A stretch of 64,000 nucleotides of DNA from Octopus vulgaris (Eukaryota): contig OX597819.1 in the NCBI GenBank assembly GCA_951406725.2, forward strand, positions 9,300,001 through 9,364,000, given 5' to 3'. A program made the position numbers and the translations under genes. The notes beneath the pieces were generated by a model. The model had not been told where the DNA came from. It did no database searches and saw nothing but the letters and a program-made list of their open reading frames with translations. Positions 24,658 through 37,995 of the stretch are shown here, piece after piece (positions within the stretch are counted from its first letter, which is position 1; each line of letters begins with the position of its first letter).

Positions 24658-24903
24658 GTGTATGTATATGTTTGTGTGTCTGTGTTTGTCCCCCTAGCAT
24701 TGCTTGACAACCGATGCTGGTGTGTTTACGTCCCCGTCACTTAGCGGTTCGGCAAAATAGACCGATAGAATAAGTACTGGGCTTACAAAAAGAATAAGTC
24801 TCGGGGGGGGGCGGGTCGAGTTGCTCGATTAAAAAAGGCGGTGCTCCAGCATGGCCGCAGTCAAATGACTGAAACAAGTAAAAGAGTAAAAGAGTAAAGA
24901 GTA
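24225..24903 (+). mobile_element. SINE-C with duplicated 3' half
   Basis: One head followed by two microsatellite-plus-tail modules. Confidence 0.9.
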
Positions 24904-25497
24904 ACTATGTGCGTGCGTGTGTGAACGTGTAAATATTTATTCCTCTGTACGCACATATTTCTAATCGTACGTTAATATTGGGCGTGTGATAAATAGGTAG
25001 TAATACGTATGCGATTAGGTGTAAACCGTCATATATTTGTTTGTTTTTCTTTTTGTTTTTCCTATGTTTCTTTTCGAACACAATCTGTCTAATAATGAAT
25101 AAACAAATTAGAATGTTTCTTTCTCAACGTTTATCCAAATATATTTTTGGTTCCTGGAATATATTGACTCAGCAGTTTACACTTATACAACGCTACCAAA
25201 TTTATAAACATTCCGATGATTTTCCAGGTGGACCACAGGGATCCTTGACATAAATAGATCTTTCGAAGTGTAGGTGTTGTTGAATGCTCTTTAGGAGTCA
25301 CATACTTTGCTAAAAGATAGATAGCCTTAAATTGTTTAATATTATAGAAGGGAGTGCGGGTGGAACCATAACGTCCGTCAGCTTACCGCCTGGTGGTTCG
25401 CTGTTTCATTCCATGAATACAAGAGAAAAGAAATGGCACGAAAGAAACATGCTGAGCTGCTATGAAAGAATTTCAGTTATACATATATTACGTATGT

Positions 25498-25498
<1 letters not shown>

Positions 25499-25582
<84 letters not shown>
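25499..25582. repeat. (TCTA)n microsatellite
   Basis: Directly visible. Confidence 0.95.
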
Positions 25583-25730
25583 AATCTCTATATATAAATA
25601 TAGCACGGGCGCGTGAGTGAGTGTGTATGTGCGTTTGTGCTCGTGTGTGTTGTGTGTGTGTTATGTGTATGTACATTTAACACGTACTAGCAAGACACAT
25701 GCTTATTCTACAAGAAACATCAAAATTAGA

Positions 25731-26070
25731 AATAATACATTTCTAAATCTCTCAGAGAGATTTATGCAGTAACAGCACGATAAAGTGATGGCATGTTGTC
25801 AACTTAATGTGACAGTCCCATGAAAGGGAAGAATGCTACTGTTATTTAGCCCTAGGAAACACCGCTTCCTGTTGGATGATAAGCAATGACTCTAAAACTA
25901 GTTTCTGAATGCTAGCTTTGCTGGTTGGAGGTGCTTGTCTCCATTTTGAAAACATCAGGACACAGGAAATGTGTCAAGTCCAACAGGAAACGGTGTTTCC
26001 TAGGGCTAAATAGCAGTAGCATTCTTCCCTTTCACGGGACTGTCACATTAAGTTGACAACATACTATCAC
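25731..26070. mobile_element. Fold-back insertion with ~90-bp inverted repeats and 14-bp TSD
   Basis: Arms 25785-25876 and 25979-26070; flanking direct repeat acatcaaaattaga. Confidence 0.8.
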
Positions 26071-26727
26071 ATCAAAATTAGATTTCGAGAATTATTTTTT
26101 TCTCAAAGTGCTCAACAAAAGTACACATATATTATGAATTATTGGGGCTATGATATTTAGTCTATATTGGAAAACAATAAACGATTATTGTCAGCTTCTA
26201 ATATACGGTTGTATCTCTCATCAGATGGTATAAATATGACAGAACACCATACATCCAACAGTATATGTTGTTTCCTGGTCTATGTTTTGCTTCCTAGTCT
26301 ATCTAATTTTTTTTCCTGGTCTATGTTTTGGCTTTTTATTAGAAACCCTTCATTAATTGACGAAGATGTATTTGCTCGTCTGCTGTGACTGCTTCAGTTG
26401 TGAATTTTCATGTCTACATTGAAATTTGTATAGTACTAAGGTTGCTAGAAGTACGACTTGTGGTTTACAGATTTGTGGCTTCATGCTGAGATTTTTGGTT
26501 TAATGTTGCTTAATTTTGGTTGCTTTATAATATTTTCAATTATGACTTGATGTGCAGCATATGTCCTGTCTTCGCGGATTTTTAAAGATATATTTATTAA
26601 ATGTGCGGCTCATGTATTATCACTGATCGTTCTGTCTTAGATGTGGATGTGAATTTGTTCTTGTGTTGTTCGAGTAACTGCCTTAGTATTAATGTTTGCT
26701 TTAACTCTTAGTATTTCCTCATATACA

Positions 26728-26978
26728 TGTGTGTGTGTGTGCAAGAGAGAGAGAGAGAGAGAGAGAGTGTGTGTGTGTGTGTGTGTGTGCAAGAGAGAGA
26801 GAGAGAGAGTGTGTGTGTGTGTATGTGTGTGCAAGAGAGAGAGAGAGTGTGTGTGTGTATATGTGTGTATGTATGTGTATGTGTGTGTGTGCAAGAGAGT
26901 GAGAGTGTGTGTGTGTATGTGTGTGCAAGAGAGAGAGTGTGTGTGTGTGTGTATATGTGTGTGTATGTATGTGTGTGT

Positions 26979-27025
<47 letters not shown>
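26728..27025. repeat. Compound (GT)n/(GA)n repeat
   Basis: Units of gtgtgtgcaagagagaga. Confidence 0.95.
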
Positions 27026-27026
<1 letters not shown>

Positions 27027-27440
27027 ACGCGCCTGTACTTTATTTGTGAATTAACAACACTGCCAATAGTTTCATGTAGAAATGTTTATATGTATCTAAT
27101 ATGTATATTTCTGCTATATATTTTATGCAAGGAAATATTCGAGCAGGGGTCGGCAAATAGGGGTAAATTACCCCAAGTGGGATAACAGTGAAATTCTTAG
27201 GGGTAATGAGGACTCATTAGACATAAGTAAAATTATATAGCAAACGTGTTCCTTGTTATGACAGAATTTTTTCTTTTGGCATGAGGAAGAAGTCTACCTT
27301 TTGCAACAACCTGTCTTTGTAAACGAGGATTTTTCCGCTCAAATGAACATAAAAACGAAACAGAGTAATCGATTGGACTCAGAAGACTATATCCAAATTT
27401 CTCTGGCATCAAAATGCCCCAATTTTGATGTAATTGTAAC

Positions 27441-27604
27441 AGGAGTGGCTGTGTGGTAAGTAGCTTGCTAACCAACCAAATGGTTCTGGGTTCAGTCCCA
27501 CTGCGTGGCATCTTGGGCAAGTGTCTTCTGCTATAGCCCCGGGCCGACCAATGCCTTGTGAGTGGATTTGGTAGACGGAAACTGAAAGAAGCCTGTCGTA
27601 TATA

Positions 27605-27661
<57 letters not shown>

Positions 27662-27873
27662 TTTCATGTCTGTGTTTGTCCCCCTAGCATTGCTTGACAA
27701 CCGATACTGGTGTGTTTACGTCCCCGTCACTTAGCGGTTCGGCAAAAAGAGACCGATAGAATAAGTACTGGGCTTACAAAGAATAAGTCCCGGGGTCGAT
27801 TTGCTCGACTAAAAGGCGGTGCTCCAGCATGGCCGCAGTCAAATGACTGAAACAAGTAAAAGAGTAAAAGAGT
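27441..27873 (+). mobile_element. SINE-C
   Basis: Family match. Confidence 0.92.
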
Positions 27874-27874
27874 A

Positions 27875-27932
<58 letters not shown>

Positions 27933-28163
27933 TATGCATGATTTCTACCATTGGTAGATGGGCAAATTAATTCAAATTTATTCGATTTCAGTACAGGACT
28001 GGTTCATAATGGTATATGTTATTAGAGAGTAAGTAAAATGAAATGAACACAGCTGGAAATCCTGCTCTGCTTTACCATCAACTGGAAATATACTCATTCA
28101 TGTCTTTATTTTTAAATTCATATACACAGACGCACGCGCCCTTGTAAATACATACAGGTACAT

Positions 28164-28224
<61 letters not shown>

Positions 28225-28567
28225 GGAAAGAACAACTCAACACTAGCGATTTCCAACGAGACAATTTTCTCAGTGCTGGCATTTGGACTATGGTCAGTAG
28301 AACTAAATCGGATTAAACTACTACAGAGCCAACGATGTGAGCCTCCAAGTGGTCTTTTGACATGTTAATAATAGTAGTAAAGCTTCCTTCAAGTTCCACT
28401 ATACCATCTAAAAATTAACAGATCGACATGTTAGATAATGTACCTCCGGGACACCGTATGCCTATAAAGGAAAGGAGAGATGATTATGCCTGAAATACTA
28501 AATCGGAACCGATATGATTCTGAATAGCAACAACACTCTAAATCGTCCGATTAATTTCCATTGCACA

Positions 28568-28952
28568 TGGAAGCACTCCGTCGGTTACGACGATGAGGGT
28601 TCCGGTTGATCCGATCAACGGAACAGCCTGCTCGTGAAATTAACGTGCAAGTGGCTGAGCACTCCACAGACACGTGTACCCTTAACGTAGTTCTCGGGGA
28701 TATTCAGCGTTACACAGAGAGTGACAAGGCCGGCCCTTTGAAATACAGGTACAACAGAAACAGGAAGTAAGAGTGAGAGAAAGCTGTGGTGAAAGAGCAC
28801 AGCAGGGATCACCACCATCCCCTGCCGGAGCCTCGTGGAGCTTTTAGGTGTTTTTGCTCAATAAACACTCACAACGCCTGGTCTGGGAATCGAAACCGCG
28901 ATCCTACGACCGCGAGTCCGCTGCCCTAACCACTGGGCCATTGCGCCCCCAC
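28568..28952 (-). mobile_element. SINE-A
   Basis: Family match; TSD ccattgcacat. Confidence 0.92.
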
Positions 28953-29680
28953 CCATTGCACATAACCAATTTGCAAATCATGCATTGGGAACTTCTTTCA
29001 GTTCTACCTCGTTCTGTTACGCAGGTGAAGAGACAAACCCAACACTAATTCACTTCCGCTTTTAGACAGATGACATTTCACAAAGCAAAATAAATAAATA
29101 GATTGAAGGATAATAAGAAAACAACGAAAATTATAAATGATGAAAATAAATTTCAGTACCAAATTGAAAATGATTATTTGAAGAATCTGTATCATTCATA
29201 TTGAAAATCGATATTCTACAGTGATTATACAAAGATACAGTGAGTAAATATGACTAAGTGGGTCAGAAAGGCGCCACCATTGGTGGTGAGGAAGCGTGAA
29301 TAGTCTGAAAACCCACAAAAAGTTGCTAAGCGATCAATCTAACACAAAATACACTAAAATATCAGCTGTCAAAACATTAGGAAGCAGTGTTGTTGCATTT
29401 CATAGAGTGGTTGTGAGAGTTCTTTAAAATGATCGTTTATTCAGTAAAACTATTAGCACTGTTGTTATCGAATCCCTCGCGATACTCGATACCGACTCCT
29501 GTAGATCCAGACTTTGGATCCCTAACTCTGAAACGGGTAGGATACACACGGGTTAAAACGCCAGCTCTATGCAGCCATGAAAATGCGCCCATCGACATAA
29601 ATAGGAAAACATCTCGTATTCCTAGATAATCCTGCAAAAGACAGAGAGGGTATGTTTTCGTGTTCGTGATCATAGCCTAC

Positions 29681-30061
29681 TGGAGGCGCAATGGCCCAGT
29701 GGTTAGGGCAGCGGACTCGCGGTCGTAGGATCGCGGTTTCGATTCCCAGACCGGGCGTTGTGAGTGTTTATTGAGCGAAAACACCTAAAGCTTCACGAGG
29801 CTCCGGCAGGGATGGTGGTGATCCCTGCTGTACTCTTTCACCACAACTTTCTCTCACTCTTACTTCCTGTTTCTGTTGTACCTGTATTTCAAGGGGCCGG
29901 CCTTGTCACTCTCTGTGTCACGCTGAATATCCCCGAGAACTACGTTAAGGGTACACGTGTCTGTGGAGTGCTCAGCCACTTACACATTAATTTCACGAGC
30001 AGGCTTTTCCGGTTGATCGGATCAACCGGAACCCTCGTCGTCGTAACCGACGGAGTGCTTC
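29681..30061 (+). mobile_element. SINE-A full length (reference copy)
   Basis: A box tggcccagtgg, B box ggtttcgattccc, tail cgtcgtcgtaaccgacggagtgcttc; TSD tcatagcctactgga. Confidence 0.93.
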
Positions 30062-30520
30062 TTCTCTTCATAGCCTACTGGATGAGCATTGGCCTAGGGC
30101 TAAACAAAAATGACAAGTTTAAACAACAACTTAGTGAGTCAGAAGATTTGCTTATCATTCATCTTTAAAATTTGTATTTATTTGTGGTTCGTGGCATTAT
30201 TTTACGAATTCTGTTTCTGTTCAGCATATCAAATTGCTGTGCTTACAGACGTGGCTACATCTGAAAATGTTTGACTGAGCTTAAATACCGCTTTAACATT
30301 AGAGAAAGCAGACAATAAAATAAAGTTTAATAAAATAAATAGGAAAAGAACTACAAACATCAAAATAAATAAGCATAAAATAGTTTATTTCTTTTCTTTT
30401 TTTTATGATGTTTAAAGTTTCTAGGCCAACTTTAGCAGTGTCTCCAGTGTCGAAAGAAATTTTACAGATGACAGCATTTAAACATTTCTGATATTACTGT
30501 CTAGAAGACTAAGTATTATT

Positions 30521-30890
<370 letters not shown>

Positions 30891-31104
30891 TACATACACA
30901 CATACTTACAAGTATATATCTTATATCTTTTACTTGTTTCAGTCAAGGTTGTCTCCTATGCTGGGACACAGCCTTGACGGTGTAGCCGAGCAAATCGCCC
31001 TCAATACTTACTTAGGCTTGGAACATATACAGTGTCTTTAGCAGAATGGCTAATTTAGGTTAACGTAAACAGACCAATACTGATTATCAAGCTTTATGGT
31101 TATA

Positions 31105-31605
<501 letters not shown>

Positions 31606-32139
31606 TATATATATATATATATATGTACTAGCAGAGATACCCGGCGTTGCCCAGTTACATTCAATTGAAAAATTAGACTTTTCTGTTATATTTTCTCTAA
31701 TGAACTGGAATATATATGCACAAAGACATATAATTTAATTTAATTAGAACAGATGGACACATTCTCGTACTACATGTGAGCCTTTTTAGAATTTTATTTT
31801 CCGTGACTATATGGAAAAAAAACAGGGAGTGGAAGTGTTTTTGAGTGGTTGGAGGAGGAGATACAATGCATGATAAGATAAGGCTACTGATGGATCTATA
31901 GGTAGAGTATAAGAGAGGGATGTTGTTTTATCTTTCAGAAAATGTTTTAATTCATGTGGAGGCTGTTGCTTAACTCTATCCAGAATCGTAATGCAAAAGT
32001 TCTGAGTAAAACTTATATTTGCAAGAGATGACAGCATCGGAGAAGTTATTCAATATCGAGGAGTTGTATAGACGGAGAATAATTAATGACGTATTAAAGC
32101 ATAGCTTGCATTTTACTATCTTTCTATTATAAAGGGGAA

Positions 32140-32795
32140 CTTCGGTCGGTGGTCGGGAATAAGGTAAAAGATGACTCGCCCGAGAAAATAACATTCTTCC
32201 ACTGCTCTAGGGACCAATTCTGTAGGTTTTTACTCCACTCTAAACGCTTTGCAACGTTTGTTTTTGATTGCAGCCCTCCCCTGAAATCTGGCTTTGTGCA
32301 GCTCCCGGCGAATAATTTTTGTGCAAACTGGGTTCTCGAGGTCATTAAGCTCAGTAGTAATTTTGGGAGCTGTACTTTTGTGACCCTTTCTAACAATTCG
32401 CGTAAGAGTTCAACAGTCCCTATCTGAAAGTTTTGATTTTCTTCCGGAGGTTTGTGTCGACGAGGATGTTTTTTCCCTCTTTCTCAAAGGCTGTTATTAC
32501 TTTCGGGACAGTACTTCTTGATACACCAAACATTTCGGCTGTTTTTTATTACGCTAGCGCCTGCAGTACGAGCACCAGCAATTTGACCTCTTTGAAAGTC
32601 CGATAGATCTGTCATTTTAATGAATTTTAATTACCTTTATCTGATGATATCTGAAAAGAAACAGCAATTTTAGCAAAACATATTAAGCAACATTAATAAC
32701 AAATAAAAAAAAACATAAAAATTAACAAGCTTTTGACGGTTTTATATTCTGATGGTATGATCCTAGGTGTTTCTTTTATTTTGTCCAACCGCTGT
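32140..32795 (-). mobile_element. Tc1-like transposon 5' portion
   Basis: TA-cagcggttggacaaaataa terminus; MTDLSDFQRGQIAGAR N-terminus; WSLEQWKNVIFSGESSF (first catalytic motif decayed). Confidence 0.85.
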
Positions 32796-33214
32796 ATATA
32801 TATATACATACAATGGACTTCTTTCAGTTTCCGTCAACCAAATCCACTCACACGGCTTAGGTCGACCCGAGGCAACAGTTGAAGACACTGAACCCGGAAA
32901 CACGTGGTTGGGAAGCAAGCTTTTTACCACACCTGCATCTATACACATACTTGTGTATAACGAAATCATAAATAACATGTGTTTTGCGGAACACTAAAGC
33001 ATCGTTGGAGATTTTCTATTGTGAGATTATAAATACAAACATCCACACCACGCCTAGATATACCTTGAGATGATCCGCTTCAGAACAGCTGCTATAGTTA
33101 TTTGAGTATTGGGTTTATTGGGTTAACTTAACAATAGATGTTCTTTCTACAAGAACTGTTTCACTTTCAACACCGAGTTTTTCTTCTTCTTTCTTCGAAC
33201 TTGCAAGTTCTCTC

Positions 33215-33611
33215 TTTACTCTTTACTCTTTTACTTGTTTCAGTCATTTGACTGCGGCCATGCTGGAGCACCGCCTTTAGTCGAGCAAATCGACCCCGGG
33301 ACTTATTCTATGTAAGCCCAGTACTTATTATATCGGTCTCTTTTGCCGAACTGCTAAGTGACGGGGATGTAAACACACCAGCATCGGTTGTCAAGCAATG
33401 CTAGGGGGACAAACACAGACACACAAACACACACACACACACACGTATATACGACAGGCTTCTTTCAGTTTCCGTCTACCAAATCCATTCACAAGGCTTT
33501 GGTCGGCCCGGGGCTATAGCAGAAGACACTTGTCCAAGATGCCACGCAGTGGGACTGAACCCAGAACCATGTGGTTGGTTAGCAAGCTACTTACCACACA
33601 GCCACTCCTGC
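33215..33611 (-). mobile_element. SINE-C
   Basis: Family match. Confidence 0.92.
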
Positions 33612-34188
33612 AAGTTCCTATACAAATTCGCAATAACTATAACGATCAACATCTGCTGTCATCTACTCCTCAATAGTATCTTCATTTATCGAAGACTTGA
33701 GATCCTTGGCAACGCGACTATGAATCAAAGAAAGTATGTTGAAACTGTAATCTACTTTACCTTTGAAACTTCTAATAAGTCACTTGTAGTGCCTTTCTAT
33801 GATACAAACAGATTCTAAAAATTAAACCTAGCCACAATTTATGTCATCCATTTTACAATGTCGATACTTCTATAGACGTCTAAGTATTGGTACGCACGTA
33901 GTAGACTATGTCTCATGCTTGAAATACTCCTGAATTACTCCTTCAAAAACTCCCTCAAAAACTCCTGAATCGGTCGATACTTTAAGCTACTTGAAACGAT
34001 GAAGTCAACCGTCCTTATTATCATACTCATAATTTGGTCTTAGTTCTGCAGGAACATTTTTTGTTTGTTCTTCCAGCAGATACACAAGACCTCGACAAGG
34101 TCACTTACGCATAGCTTAAACCATGTTATCAGATTTTCATCAAATTCTGAACTCTTCTGTGAAAAGTCAATGTATATAATTCACGTTA

Positions 34189-34410
34189 AGGCGGCGAGCT
34201 GGCAGAGACGTTAGCACGCCGGGCGAAATGCGTAGCCGTATTTCGTCTGCCGCTACGTTGTGAGTTCAAATTCCGCCGAGGTCCACTTTACCTTTCATCC
34301 TTTCGGGATCGATTAAATAAGTACCAGTTACGCACTGGGGTCGATATAATCGACTTAATCCATTTGTTTGTCCTCTCTGTGTTTAGCCCCTTGTGGGTAG
34401 TAAAGAAATA
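34189..34410 (+). mobile_element. SINE-B monomer
   Basis: Family match; TSD tatataattcacgtta. Confidence 0.92.
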
Positions 34411-34741
34411 TATATAATTCACGTTAGTTTCTCACAAACACACCGCAGTCGATTTTTTTTTCAGAAGTTCGAATTTATCTATTATTGAACAGTGTATTGT
34501 GTTTGTGCCTTTACACAAAAAGAAATACTCTCTTTACATATTGTAATCACAGCTGGAGCTAAGTATGAGCAGGTTGTATAATGAATGTTGAAAAACTAGT
34601 AGGAATAGCTTGCTCGTGTTTACGAATTTGCCTTTAAAGTTGGTGTACTGAAATGGAAATCATTTCCGTTTAACAGTGAACTAGACAACTGATTGCCAAA
34701 TTAGTGATGGTCGAATACTTATGCAAATGTGGACGCGTGTG

Positions 34742-34811
<70 letters not shown>

Positions 34812-35064
34812 CAATAGTTAATCTAGAGCTAACACATTTGATGCAGAAAGCAATAAAAATAAAACTAACTATAAATAAGGAAGATACACATATATTGATC
34901 ACATATGCTAATCAATACTATTCAAATTATTTCGAAGTTACCCGATGCACAATTCGCTTCCTCACCGTCTTACTTTCAACCTTCAAATCGATAAAAAGCA
35001 GGCATAATAACAATATTGAAACCTGTTTTGCTGCCTCAAAGTTCTTCCACTAATTTTATTTACT

Positions 35065-35478
35065 ATCTTTTTTATCTTTTCTTTTATCTTTTACTTGTTT
35101 CAGTCATTTGACTGCGGCCATGCTGGAGTACCGCCTTTAGTCGAGCAAATCGACCCCGGGACTTATTCTTTTGTAAGCCCAGTACTTATTCTATCGGTCT
35201 CTTTTTGCCGAACCGCTAGGTGACGGGGACTTAAACACACCACCATTGGTTGTCAAGCAATGCTAGGGGGACAAACACAGACACACAAACACACACACAC
35301 ACACACGTATATACGACAGGCTTCTTTCAGTTTCCGTCTACCAAATCCACTCACAAGGCATTGGTCGGCCCGAGGCTATAGCAGAAGACACTTGCCCAAG
35401 ATGCCACGCAGTGGGACTGAACCCGGAACCATGTGGTTGGTTAGCAAGCTACTTACCACACAGCCACTCCTGCGCCTA
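35065..35478 (-). mobile_element. SINE-C
   Basis: Family match. Confidence 0.92.
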
Positions 35479-35615
35479 TAAATCTTAAACTTATAATTAT
35501 TTATCATATTAATTTATTATAATTATATTATAGGTATAATTGATTATTACGAATATAGTTATAATTATTATAATTTATTATAAGCATTGGCTGTGTGGTA
35601 AGTAGCTTCCTTACC

Positions 35616-37980
35616 TTTACTACAGGAGAGTTCTTGCTACTTGAAAGTCACGTCTTTCGCCGTGAAATATTGAACGTTGAAGCTCGACTTTGAGGGCTTA
35701 GTGGAGTTTGTTGCTCTGTATCTAATAATTTTGGTGTGCAACAGTCTCCACTCTGGTTGTGTGAAAAGACTCACGTTGCAGTGAGAATTGGGTTTTTGAG
35801 GAGGCGTAGCCCCTCCGCAAAAATTTGTTTGTGAAAATTGTCTTTGTGTGACTGTGTTCGTGCCCTGGAAGTTCCTTGTATTTACCACAGGCAAGGAGTA
35901 CGAAAGCAGCCAGGATTAATTTGTAGATTACCAGTAGCAGAATTGTGTTGTGTTGTGCTGCTAGTTTGGGCTATCTTCCTTCGCTCTTTCTTCTCTTGTC
36001 TGTCTTTCTGATCTTTTTTTGAGTTTTTATAGACTTTCATTTGGACATTTTGACTTTTGTTTGTGAATTATTATTTTGTTTTGGCTATCAACATGGCAAC
36101 TGCGAAATCCGCTTTGGAGTGGCAAATTCTGGCCCCCTAAGAATGGCTTAAAAATTACACAGAGAGAACAGTGGTATTAAGGACCTATTCCAGGGTCCTT
36201 GACACCATCAAGGTCTTCTCTGAGGAAGAAATTGAGGAGTTGGCAGACTATCTGCCAATTGTTAAATTTATCCGCAGGAGTGCGAAGTACGGAAATGTCT
36301 GCGTACTTTTTAAGACCCCTGCGGAACTCGTGATTTTGCGACCACGCCTTTGGAGGGTGAGAAAATTTTGTTTCTCCCTACTTATGGCGGTAGACGGTTG
36401 ACAAGAGCCTGGGTGTGTAGGATGCCACCCGGTATAGAGGCCGAATGGATAGAAGACACTATCCGTCGGGGCTTGGGTGGCGGCCCTGCCAGGCTCTTAA
36501 ACGTAAAAATGATGCCTGCGGTCGATTGGGTCGGGTCAAAAGCAATTTTGACCCTATGGGCCCAATCGGCTGAAGATCTGGTTTTACCAGATTTTTTTTA
36601 AACGGCCGGTTCCAGGTACCCGGTGAGGGTTGAGGGAGCCCCCACCCAAGTGTCACCTGTGCCTGGAATCGGGCCGCATAAGGAAGAACTGTCGCCGGGA
36701 CCAGGCAAAGGTCCTGGAACAGTTAATTGAAGAGGTGTCCCCTGTTCCCCCAGTGGAGGAAAAAGTTGAGGAGGAGGTAACCGCCTCGAAAACAAAGGGG
36801 AAGAAAAGAAAGAAGGGGGACAACAATGGTTGCCCACCGATGGATTCTGAGACATCGGGGGCGAGGGAGGGTCCCCTGGAGATGTCGGAGGAACTCCACC
36901 ATCCCGTCGTAAAAGGAAAAAAAAAAGAAAAGAAAAAAGAAAAACGGAGCACTGCCTGTGACGGCATGTCCCGAAAACCCTTCGGTGGGATGTGTGCCAC
37001 CGGAGCGGGGGAAGAAGATGACCTGGTCAGTGGGATGTGTGCCATCGAGCGAGGGACTTGAGGCCCCTTCTAGTGAAGGTGGTGAAGATTATATGTTCTG
37101 CTATCTCAGGGGAAGGGCTATTGACAGTTTTGTGGAGAACGAAGTGGATAGTCAGATCCTGAGGGAACCGAATTGTATTGACAGCCCAGAGTAGCCTTCG
37201 CAGGTGGCTGCTCTGGTGCTGGAAAGAATGTATTGTGATCAAATAATTGACTCGTGTAAAAACGAGAATTATAGAATCCTTTATTGGAATCCCAGATTTC
37301 GGTGGTAGCAATGCCTGCAAGTTGCAAGAAATTTACTAGGGGAAGAATTGTAGAGGTTTATCGCCTCTAATTTGTGTAGAAATTGGAATTTATATTGTAT
37401 TTAGAATTGTAAGTCGGTCAATATCTCTGTATATGTATTTTTAAAGAACAATGTTTTAGAGAAGCAGACGGTCGACGGGCGCTTTCTGCCTTCTCCCATC
37501 TTTATCATTTTTGGATCCTAATCATCCGCCTCATTAATGTCTATGTCCAGCCTGCAAAGCTACCTATCTTTGTTGGAAGCACTCCGTCGGTTACGACGAC
37601 GAGGGTTCCGGTTGATCCGAATAAACGGAACAGCCTGCTCGTGAAATTAACGTGTAAGTGGCTGAGCACTCCACAGACACGTGCACCCTTAACGTAGTTC
37701 TCGGGGATATTCAGCGTGACACAGAGAGTGACAAGGCTGGCCCCTTGAAATACAGGAAGTAAGAGTGAGAGAAAGTTGTGGTGAAAGAGTACAGCAGGGA
37801 TCACCACCATCCCTGCCGGAGCCTCGTGGAGTTTTAGGTGTTTTCGCTCAATAAACACTCACAACGCCCGGTCTGGGAATCGAAACCGCGATCCTACGAC
37901 CGCGAGTCCGCTGCCCTAACCGCTAGGCCATTGCGCCTCCTTATCTTTGTACTGCCTCTATGGCAAATGAAATTAAATAA
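35616..37980 (+). mobile_element. Tx1/L1-like ORF1-only retroelement (decayed)
   Basis: 5' UTR, ATG at 36093 (MATAKSALEWQ...VLRTYS), zinc-knuckle-like CHLCLESGRIRKNC, Lys-rich tract, no RT, 3' end aaattaaataa; interrupted by SINE-A. Confidence 0.7.
37574..37940 (-). mobile_element. SINE-A nested in the Tx1-like 3' UTR
   Basis: Family match; TSD tatctttgt. Confidence 0.92.
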
Positions 37981-37995
37981 AGTAGCTTCCTTACC

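Noticed and set aside
25840-25860. gttatttagccctagga resembling a dicistrovirus IGR IRES loop
   Set aside because: Only a short match; no pseudoknot architecture or viral ORFs nearby.
29764-30168. Recurrent ORFs MFIERKHLKLHEAPAG / MVVIPAVLF / MRNWYLIYRPRKDER / MSSNARGTN
   Set aside because: They recur only because they lie inside non-coding SINE-A, -B and -C copies.
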